Virus record (IMG/VR): IMGVR_UViG_3300045988_088938
Span: 1 to 13,459 of that record
Source of the DNA: a virus
DNA: 13,459 bases
Direction: 5' to 3' (one strand)
Part shown: one piece after another, positions 1 to 5,820 of the stretch
Layout: every line of letters begins with the position of its first letter
Position numbering within the stretch: position 1 is the stretch's first letter
Program-made: the position numbers and the translations under genes
The notes under the pieces: generated by a model
What the model saw: only the letters and a program-made list of their open reading frames with translations
Databases searched by the model: none
Told to the model about the DNA's origin: nothing

Positions 1-55
1 AAGTGCTATTGGGACTATCTGCGAGCGCGAGTTTGTGAAGGAAGTGTGAAACATG
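1..55. repeat. Left inverted terminal repeat (55 bp)
   Basis: aagtgctattgggactatctgcgagcgcgagtttgtgaaggaagtgtgaaacatg equals the reverse complement of 13405-13459. Identity stops at nt 56 (c versus a). The repeat contains an SD-like gaaggaag followed by ATG at 53-55. Confidence 0.95.
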
Positions 56-109
56 CTCAATCTGCTTTGGGTTTTGGGTGCTGTGTTTGATATTTTAAGA
101 GGGTGAACG

Positions 110-256
110 ATGATGATTTTTGTGATTGATATGCTTAATCATGTACAGGTATATGCGGGCGCAAGTATGTTGGAAGCAATGACCGCGCAAAATGATTATA
201 TGTGCTTTATGGGCATTTCTGACGAGTCAATCCAAATGGAGGTGATTTACAAATGA
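110..256 (+). CDS. Hypothetical small acidic Met-rich protein (48 aa), absent from the supplied ORF track
   Basis: ATG at 110 lies 3 nt after the SD GAGGGTGA (100-106). Translation: MMIFVIDMLNHVQVYAGASMLEAMTAQNDYMCFMGISDESIQMEVIYK. Its TGA stop (254-256) overlaps the ATG of the next ORF (253) as ATGA, suggesting translational coupling. No homology recognised. Confidence 0.4.
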   Translation: MMIFVIDMLNHVQVYAGASMLEAMTAQNDYMCFMGISDESIQMEVIYK

Positions 257-441
257 CAATCTGTGATTTTTACCGGGCGTGTCTGTCAATGCAGCCTAAA
301 ACAAGTATCCGCGTGTATGACAAGGAACGCTGCATCTATACCGGTGAATATGGCAACCTGCCTTATACACTTGCAAAACATGAGTTTGCTACCCTGCTAG
401 TCAACCCTAACATGGAATGGAAATTTTATTTTAACTCTTGA
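253..441 (+). CDS. Hypothetical small protein (62 aa), paralogue of the right-terminal 82-aa ORF
   Basis: SD GGAGGTGA (239-246) lies 6 nt before the ATG. The protein shares DFYR-C...P...VY...TGE(Y/F)...(L/M)P with ORF 13159-13407 (-). Confidence 0.6.
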   Translation: MTICDFYRACLSMQPKTSIRVYDKERCIYTGEYGNLPYTLAKHEFATLLVNPNMEWKFYFNS

Positions 442-466
442 CACCAACAATTACATATGATACCAT
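438..466 (+). promoter_or_regulatory. Candidate sigma-A/sigma-70 type promoter: TTGACA-N17-TACCAT with TG extension
   Basis: TTGACA at 438-443 overlaps the TGA stop of the 62-aa ORF. A 17-nt spacer ends in ...TGA, followed by TACCAT at 461-466. It lies in the only sizeable non-coding gap of the + arm, upstream of the morphogenesis operon. Confidence 0.45.
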
Positions 467-467
467 T

Positions 468-550
468 AGAGCGGGAAAAGATGCGCAAGCTATACGGACG
501 GAATCCGGCGCACGACCTTGTAGCGGGTCAAGAGTCTTTTCCCGCTTTTT
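468..550 (+). ncRNA. Candidate structured small RNA or leader (three-way junction closed by a 12-bp 5'/3' helix, ending in a U-tract)
   Basis: Helix A: 470-481 agcgggaaaaga pairs perfectly with 535-546 tcttttcccgct, followed by tttt (547-550). Helix B: 482-486/508-512 and 495-498/504-507, with an 8-nt bulge at 487-494. Helix C: 514-517/526-529, with loop 518-525. No SD-led ORF is present here. Confidence 0.35.
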
Positions 551-584
551 GTATTCCCGTCCGCTCGAAAGTGAGGTGTAAACC

Positions 585-737
585 ATGGAAGAAATTAGCA
601 ATCTTATCCAACAGGTTGGCTTCCCAATTGCGGCGTTTTTGCTTATGTGGTGGCAAAGCAACACTACTATCAAGGACAACACCGCAGCAATTAACAAGCT
701 GTACGACCACTTGAGCGATAAAGACGGTGATGCATAA
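585..737 (+). CDS. YvrJ-like small membrane protein (50 aa), a possible holin-type protein; absent from the supplied ORF track
   Basis: SD GAGGTG (573-578) lies 6 nt before ATG 585. Translation: MEEISNLIQQVGFPIAAFLLMWWQSNTTIKDNTAAINKLYDHLSDKDGDA. The GFPI-plus-hydrophobic core followed by a polar helix matches my memory of the Firmicute YvrJ family. Its stop TAA overlaps the next ATG (TAATG). Confidence 0.55.
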   Translation: MEEISNLIQQVGFPIAAFLLMWWQSNTTIKDNTAAINKLYDHLSDKDGDA

Positions 738-946
738 TGTATGTTGTTATGTATGCCGACATTACCAGCGCTCAGGCGTGGATTGTATACAGCAAGTGTA
801 AACATTTGGGTATTGGCTATTATAGCGAATACACCCACAATTACAATCAAAACGCCGCATGTGGCCCCATGACAGCAGGCGACAAAGACGCGCTTGTCAA
901 ACTTGTCAATGACCCAGCCAAAACAACCGTATTGAAAGAGGTGTAA
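737..946 (+). CDS. Hypothetical protein (69 aa)
   Basis: The ATG overlaps the preceding stop. A weak SD GGTGA (726-730) lies 6 nt upstream. It fits the operon packing, with the next gene's SD immediately after its stop. No homology recognised. Confidence 0.45.
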   Translation: MYVVMYADITSAQAWIVYSKCKHLGIGYYSEYTHNYNQNAACGPMTAGDKDALVKLVNDPAKTTVLKEV

Positions 947-951
947 TACAC

Positions 952-1278
952 ATGACTATTGATGATATTATTGCTCTGTGCCGTGCAGGTTACACGAAAG
1001 ACGACCTTGCAAAACTTGTCACTCTTGACAACGCTACACCCGCTACACCCGCTGCACCCGCTGCCCCCGCCGCACCCGCTGCACCCGCTGCACCCGCTGC
1101 ACCCGCTGCACCTGCTGCACCTGTAGAGGATGCGGGCGGTATTATTGCCGCGATTAACGCACTGGGCGCGCAGATTAAAACGATGAATATCGCGGCAACC
1201 GAACAGCCTAAACCGCAGACCGCGGAAGATGTGCTTGCAAGCATTATTATGCCGCCAAAGGCAGGTGAACGAGTGTGA
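952..1278 (+). CDS. Putative scaffolding-like protein with (Pro-Ala-Ala)n linker (108 aa)
   Basis: SD AGAGGTG precedes ATG 952. It is a small protein with an N-terminal helical TIDDIIALCRAGYTKDDLAKLV motif, a PAA repeat and an Ala-rich C-terminal half. It lies just upstream of the head genes, as gene 7 does in phi29. The call is by position and composition only. Confidence 0.4.
   Translation: MTIDDIIALCRAGYTKDDLAKLVTLDNATPATPAAPAAPAAPAAPAAPAAPAAPAAPVEDAGGIIAAINALGAQIKTMNIAATEQPKPQTAEDVLASIIMPPKAGERV
1036..1125 (+). repeat. Tandem 9-bp repeat, about 10 copies (consensus gcacccgct), in frame and encoding (T/A)PA repeats
   Basis: Units read directly: acacccgct x2, gcacccgct, gcccccgcc, gcacccgct x4, gcacctgct, gcacctgta. 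The repeat is codon-aligned with the ORF starting at 952. Confidence 0.95.
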
Positions 1279-1583
1279 GACAATTTTACAGCGAGCTAAT
1301 AGGGGGTAGTACCGGAACAACTGTGCAATTTGTAAAGCCCGTGAGAAAAATTCTTGTAGAGTGCGACACACTAATCGGTTTGGCGATACCGTTTTCTGAT
1401 GGCAGTTTTTCTGACGAGTTTTTATGCTTCCCGAAACAGCCCGTATATCTGGATTTTCAAAGCGCCAATAATGGCGGCGGAGTAAGCTCTATTAGCTTAA
1501 TACCGGAAGTTGGTGGTGGTGGCGTTGCGAGATTATCCGTCATCGAATATGGCTCCGATGGTGATAATGATTGGTACAAATAA
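1275..1583 (+). CDS. Hypothetical Gly-rich head-module protein (102 aa)
   Basis: GTG start overlaps the upstream stop (GTGA). SD AGGTGA (1263-1268) lies 6 nt upstream. It sits between the scaffold-like and capsid genes. No homology recognised. Confidence 0.45.
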   Translation: MRQFYSELIGGSTGTTVQFVKPVRKILVECDTLIGLAIPFSDGSFSDEFLCFPKQPVYLDFQSANNGGGVSSISLIPEVGGGGVARLSVIEYGSDGDNDWYK

Positions 1584-1598
1584 TGTGAGGTGACACAA

Positions 1599-2813
1599 AT
1601 GAATGATATGACTATTTCGCAGGCCGCAACAATCCTTGGCTCCGCGGTCGAACAGGCAACAGGCCAGAAAGTAATTACTAATATCGACACGCCGGAGCAG
1701 TTTGTTTCGGTTGCCCAGACCGCTCTTAAAACGGGTTATGACCCGATTATTAACGCACTGTCGCAGATTTGGAGTCGGTCAATCTACGCAGTGCGTGACT
1801 ACACAAGCCCCCTGACCAGTCTTGAAATGGATTTGCCCCGTTACGGCAACGCGCTGCGCAAGATTAGTCCCATTGCCGCAAAGATGCAGGACGACCAGCG
1901 TTTTATCTGGCCCGTTGCCTATGATGCAACTAATCATAAGGCAAACGCTCTGGGTAATGGCGAAAGTGTTGACATGTACAAGATTAGCAAGCAGGAAGTC
2001 TTGCAGACCAACTTTTACGGCACCGCAGTCTACCAGCAGCGCTACACTACGTTTAAGGACCAGTTTGACGTTGCTATGTCCTCTGCCGATGAATTTATGC
2101 GTTTTAACGCCATGAATATGACGGAGCGCAATAACGACAAAGAATCCTACCGCGAAGCAGTTGCCCGCGGCATGCAGGCGAATTTTATTGCAGCAATCCT
2201 TGACGAGGGTCAGAATTCCCGCGTTGTACATCTGTTGACCGAGTATAATGCTGAAACTGGTTTGAGCCTGTCGGCGCAGAGCGTTTACCAGCCTGACAAT
2301 TTCGCGCCCTTTATGCGCTGGGTGTATGCCCGTTTGAACGTGATTGCGCGTTTTATGGGTGAGCGCAGTCAGCTTTATCAGACCGTTATTAACGAAAAGC
2401 CAGTCTTGCGCCACACCCGCGGCAGCGACCTGCGCGTGGCTCTGTACAGCAAAGCATATGAGCAGATGCGCACCATGGCGCTGTCCACTACATTCCACGA
2501 TGATTACCTCAAATTGGCAAAATTTGAGGGCATCAATTTCTGGCAGAGCATTGAGACACCGGACAGCGTGAGCATCACGCCGGTATACACCAGCACCACC
2601 GGTGCAGTCAAAAAGGCATCCAAGGCCGTGGAGCAGGCCGGTATTTTCGGCATCATGCACGACCGTGACGCGCTGGGCTATTGCTACACCAACATGTGGA
2701 GCGCGACCACCCCGCTCAACATTGACGGTGGCTATTGGAACACCGCGGAGCATGCAACCATCAAGACTATCCAGGACAACACCGAAAAGGCCGTTGTGCT
2801 GCTGCTTGATTAA
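1599..2813 (+). CDS. Major capsid protein (404 aa from ATG 1599)
   Basis: SD GAGGTGA (1587-1593) lies 5 nt before ATG 1599, so the track's GTG at 1590 falls inside the SD. It is the largest head-module ORF and is followed by a strong terminator. Its N-terminal region resembles the phi29 gp8 layout as I recall it. The call rests mainly on position and size. Confidence 0.75.
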   Translation: MNDMTISQAATILGSAVEQATGQKVITNIDTPEQFVSVAQTALKTGYDPIINALSQIWSRSIYAVRDYTSPLTSLEMDLPRYGNALRKISPIAAKMQDDQRFIWPVAYDATNHKANALGNGESVDMYKISKQEVLQTNFYGTAVYQQRYTTFKDQFDVAMSSADEFMRFNAMNMTERNNDKESYREAVARGMQANFIAAILDEGQNSRVVHLLTEYNAETGLSLSAQSVYQPDNFAPFMRWVYARLNVIARFMGERSQLYQTVINEKPVLRHTRGSDLRVALYSKAYEQMRTMALSTTFHDDYLKLAKFEGINFWQSIETPDSVSITPVYTSTTGAVKKASKAVEQAGIFGIMHDRDALGYCYTNMWSATTPLNIDGGYWNTAEHATIKTIQDNTEKAVVLLLD

Positions 2814-2826
2814 CTCTTAATAATAG

Positions 2827-2856
2827 CCCCGTGTCAGTTATGGCACGGGGTATTTT
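2827..2856 (+). terminator. Rho-independent terminator after the capsid gene
   Basis: A 10-bp stem pairs 2827-2836 ccccgtgtca with 2841-2850 tggcacgggg (one G-U pair), with a gtta loop, followed by tatttt. Confidence 0.8.
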
Positions 2857-2873
2857 GAAAGAGGTGAAAGAGC

Positions 2874-4346
2874 GTGAATATTACGCTATATCAATTTGCC
2901 AAAAAATTGAACAGCACTGCCCGCCCTTCTGGCACGTCAAAAGGCGTGCAAGGTCAATTGCGGGAATCTTGCAGCATGTTAGCGCCGGAAATTGGTTTTG
3001 TAGCATTCGGGCAGTCTGAAAGCCCTCACGCGTGGAACTATGCATATATTCCAGATTTTGGCAGATTTTATTTTATCGACAACTGGACTTGGACGGCGGG
3101 CATGTGGTATGCAAGCATGTCTGTTGATGTGCTTGCAACGTGGCGCACAAATATTGCGGATAGCGTAGAATATGTAACACGTTCGGCTAGTGCTTATGAT
3201 GGTAATATTGTTGATTCCTTGTATCCAACAAATGTGCAAGTTTCGCGCGAAGTTACAACCGCAAATAATCCATTCGCGCCTAACAGAGCATGGGACAATG
3301 GCGATTATTGTATAGCCATTAGCTCAAAAGGCGGTTACGGAAGCGGTTTTCTGAAATATTGGCGGCTTGACCGCCAGAACATGCAGATTCTTGCGAACAA
3401 GCTTTTAGGCTCTGTTGACTACCTTAATTTGCAGGCGGAAGAAATATCAGACAGTCTTGCAAAAGCGCTTTTTAATCCGACACAATATGTTTCCAGTCTG
3501 TTATATTTTCCGTTTGCGCTGAATTATAGCACAGATAGCGAAACCACCCCATTACCGTTTGGCTGGTGGGAAATGGAAGGTGTACAAGCTTATCCGCTGC
3601 TGGGGGAGTATGCAAAAAAAGACGTGTACACAGAGCTGCAAATTCCGAAACATCCACAAGCGGCTGACCTGGGAAATTGGATTAATTTGGAGCCTTACAG
3701 TAGATACAATATCAATGTACCACCCTTTGGCGATATACCGCTAGACAGCACCAAAATTGTTAATGTATCACGTCTATATTTACATTATCAGATTGACCAG
3801 TATACCGGTTTTGCGATTTTGCGTATATGCACAGATCCTGAACATAATCACGTTATCCGCACTAGTACTGCACAGATTGGCATCCCATTAACTATTACGC
3901 AGATTTCGATGGCGCCCACAACACCGGGAAGCAATGCCGTAAATACGGGTATTGCCGTGGGCGGGGCTTTTATGAGGGGCTTATTTAGCGATGTGAAAAA
4001 TTGGCTTAACCCTGATAAGTCAATGGGTGATGTTATCGGCACGACTGCAAGCAATATTGTAAGTGGCGTGGGTGATGCGCTGCAAAGTGCCAACGCGGAA
4101 GTAGAAACACGCGGCGCACAGGGGTGTATGACGTGGCGGCAGAATCCCCCACAACTATATGCAACATTTATGCCGCTAGTTGAAACTGACAAAGAGCGGC
4201 GAGGGAGACCGCTCTGTAAATCTGTTAAAATCGGCAACTTATACGGTTATGTGCAGGTTTACAATCCAGATTTTAACGCGCCCGCAACCAGTACGGAAAT
4301 TGGCGCTGTTAATAATTTTATGTCAGATGGGTTTTTTTATGAGTGA
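2874..4346 (+). CDS. Tail knob / distal tail tube protein (phi29 gp9-like, 490 aa)
   Basis: SD GAGGTGA (2861-2867) lies 6 nt before GTG 2874. FYFIDNWTWTAGMWYASMSVDVLATW parallels phi29 gp9 WFYAFVTELEF...HFEIDVLQTW. The C-terminal GYVQVYNPDF...TEIGAVNNFMSDGFFYE parallels gp9 NYVQTKDCFISG...LQEIRTIFDNGITLW. Both phi29 sequences are from memory. Confidence 0.75.
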   Translation: MNITLYQFAKKLNSTARPSGTSKGVQGQLRESCSMLAPEIGFVAFGQSESPHAWNYAYIPDFGRFYFIDNWTWTAGMWYASMSVDVLATWRTNIADSVEYVTRSASAYDGNIVDSLYPTNVQVSREVTTANNPFAPNRAWDNGDYCIAISSKGGYGSGFLKYWRLDRQNMQILANKLLGSVDYLNLQAEEISDSLAKALFNPTQYVSSLLYFPFALNYSTDSETTPLPFGWWEMEGVQAYPLLGEYAKKDVYTELQIPKHPQAADLGNWINLEPYSRYNINVPPFGDIPLDSTKIVNVSRLYLHYQIDQYTGFAILRICTDPEHNHVIRTSTAQIGIPLTITQISMAPTTPGSNAVNTGIAVGGAFMRGLFSDVKNWLNPDKSMGDVIGTTASNIVSGVGDALQSANAEVETRGAQGCMTWRQNPPQLYATFMPLVETDKERRGRPLCKSVKIGNLYGYVQVYNPDFNAPATSTEIGAVNNFMSDGFFYE

Positions 4347-4357
4347 GGTGAAATTAT

Positions 4358-4909
4358 ATGGCAAGCTATCCACAATGTATCACGGATGAGAGCACAATCA
4401 CAGTAACCGCAGCATACCCTTATTATTCGGACGGGTCGCACCATGGCGGCATTGACACCAAGCATCCCACTGATTTTTTGTCGTTTGCGCCGCAGGCTGG
4501 CACGATTGTAACGGCGCACACTTGGCAAGGCGGCAAAACAGGTAACGACAGTTGGGGCAATTATATCGTGGTAGATATGGGCAACAAACGTTATTGGTTG
4601 GCTGCGCATTTTAAAACGCAGACACACAAAGTGGGCGATGTGCTCAAAGCTGGCGATTTGATTGGCATGCAGGGGCAGACCGGCAATGCAACCGGCATCC
4701 ACACCCATTGGGAGTATTGGGTAGGTGGGCGCTCTACTCGTTACCGTCAAGACCCGTCCCAAATTTTGGGCATCCCGAACGCAGTTGGCAAGTATGATGT
4801 AACATGGAGTGCAGACAACCCGCCCGGCCCCGGCCCGGAGCCGCCCACGCCGGGTAAAAAAGCAATACCGGTATGGCTATTGCTTAAAATGGCAAGGAGG
4901 TATGCCTGA
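4358..4909 (+). CDS. M23 (LytM/lysostaphin-type) metallopeptidase, a peptidoglycan hydrolase (183 aa)
   Basis: SD GAGGTGA precedes ATG 4358. It has the HxxxD motif (HGGID) and the HxH motif (IHTHWE), with the intervening GNYIVV...GDLIGMQGQTGNATG typical of M23. A Pro-rich linker PPGPGPEPPTPG is followed by the C-terminal KKAIPVWLLLKMARRYA. Confidence 0.85.
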   Translation: MASYPQCITDESTITVTAAYPYYSDGSHHGGIDTKHPTDFLSFAPQAGTIVTAHTWQGGKTGNDSWGNYIVVDMGNKRYWLAAHFKTQTHKVGDVLKAGDLIGMQGQTGNATGIHTHWEYWVGGRSTRYRQDPSQILGIPNAVGKYDVTWSADNPPGPGPEPPTPGKKAIPVWLLLKMARRYA

Positions 4910-5820
4910 TGCAAGCAGCGCCTTATATGTACGATTATGTTAACACAGCGGTAAGCCAGCACAGCCCCAGCACTGTCCACACAAAAAACACAGAGCTGCA
5001 ACGCTTTTTTGCCCGCTACTTGCTGCAAAAAGCAATGTCGGTATTTAAGTGGGATTTGCCCGAAACGTGGGACAGAGACTACTTTTTGTATGTCTTGTAC
5101 GGTATCGGTTATATTGCGGTGATTAACACTGATAAATACGGAGTTATTCCGCAGCAATGCGGGCTTGACGGGTACAACATTTTTTACCAGCCGAAACGCG
5201 CCCTTGTCACAAATCCCCTGCTTAGAGGTTTGCGCAGTCTGGATATTGGCACGCAATGCACGCTTATCAAGCTACAACCTGATTATGGCAGCGTCATGGA
5301 TTTGGTAGGATTTTACGCTGATATGATGGCCTTGACCGCAGAGACAGCGGGTGTAAACCTTGTCAACAGTCGTCTATCCTATGTGTTTTTTGGCAAAAAT
5401 AAAAACACTGCGGAAAGTCAAAAGAAACTATTTGACCGTGTGGCAAGCGGTGAGCCTGCAACATTTGTTGATACCGCATTATATGACGTGCAGAGCGGCA
5501 ATCCCTCTTGGATACCGTTCCAACAAAACGTGGGGCAAAACTATATTGCCGGTGACGCATTGGCAGACCTGCGCAAATGGGAAATGATGTTTGACACAGA
5601 TGTTGGCATCCCGAACGCGAACACGGATAAAAAAGAACGTCTTATCAGTGATGAAGTAAACGCAAATAACGTGGAAGTAACCAGCAAAGCGGATTTGTGG
5701 CTTGACCAGCTGCAAAAGAGTTTTGCACAAACAAGCAAAATGTTTGGCATTAAACTTGGCGTTGAGTGGCGGAACAAGCCGCAGGTTAGCGCAGAAAGTG
5801 AGGGCGGCGAAGATGAGTAG
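4909..5820 (+). CDS. Portal / upper collar connector protein (phi29 gp10-like, 303 aa)
   Basis: SD AAGGAGG precedes the ATG, which overlaps the upstream stop (TGATG). GIPNANTDKKERLISDEVNANNVEV parallels phi29 gp10 [25 protein letters not shown]. The N-terminal FKWDLPETW...YGIGYIAV parallels FEWENLPPTI...HQFGYVGF. It has an acidic C-terminus. Confidence 0.9.
   Translation: MQAAPYMYDYVNTAVSQHSPSTVHTKNTELQRFFARYLLQKAMSVFKWDLPETWDRDYFLYVLYGIGYIAVINTDKYGVIPQQCGLDGYNIFYQPKRALVTNPLLRGLRSLDIGTQCTLIKLQPDYGSVMDLVGFYADMMALTAETAGVNLVNSRLSYVFFGKNKNTAESQKKLFDRVASGEPATFVDTALYDVQSGNPSWIPFQQNVGQNYIAGDALADLRKWEMMFDTDVGIPNANTDKKERLISDEVNANNVEVTSKADLWLDQLQKSFAQTSKMFGIKLGVEWRNKPQVSAESEGGEDE

Noticed and set aside
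67-96. Left-end promoter-like TTGGGT-N18-TATTTT with a TG extension
   Set aside because: Both hexamers are weak. The predicted transcription start would fall inside the SD of the 48-aa ORF. It is not distinguishable from chance in AT-rich sequence.
467-565. Riboswitch or antiterminator-switch interpretation of the leader
   Set aside because: The two alternative 5' arms (agcggg at 470 and at 522) pair with the same 3' arm next to the U-tract. Both folds are therefore terminator-like and no mutually exclusive antiterminator is evident. No known riboswitch core motif was recognised.
457-714. 85-aa + strand ORF from the track
   Set aside because: No SD precedes its ATG. It begins inside the predicted -10 region and runs through the structured non-coding segment. 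It then overlaps the well-signalled YvrJ-like ORF out of frame. Its Arg/Cys/Leu-rich composition looks non-coding.
431-850. 139-aa - strand ORF
   Set aside because: It is antisense to three SD-led, translationally coupled + strand genes and to the promoter region. No SD is present. It is most likely a shadow ORF.
847-1371. 174-aa and 97-aa - strand ORFs with CSG or AAG repeats
   Set aside because: Their repeats are simply the reverse-complement reading of the 9-bp PAA tandem repeat. They are antisense to the coupled head-module genes.
1590-1598. GTG at 1590 as the capsid start (track annotation)
   Set aside because: This GTG is part of the GAGGTGA SD itself. ATG 1599 lies at ideal spacing (5 nt), so I moved the start to 1599.
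1779-2753. 324-aa - strand ORF inside the capsid gene, plus the short + frame ORFs at 1822-2115, 2344-2571 and 2602-2820
   Set aside because: They are shadow ORFs within a well-supported capsid gene. Their Arg/Ala/Val-rich composition is typical of an off-frame reading, and no ribosome-binding sites are present.
4337-5256. 141-aa and 169-aa - strand ORFs antisense to the M23 and portal genes
   Set aside because: Both overlapped + strand genes have diagnostic motifs. The antisense ORFs lack SDs and recognisable features.
5702-5812. Upstream start at 5702 for the lower collar gene
   Set aside because: It would overlap 119 nt of the portal gene with no SD. ATG 5813 overlaps the portal stop in the coupled arrangement used throughout this operon.
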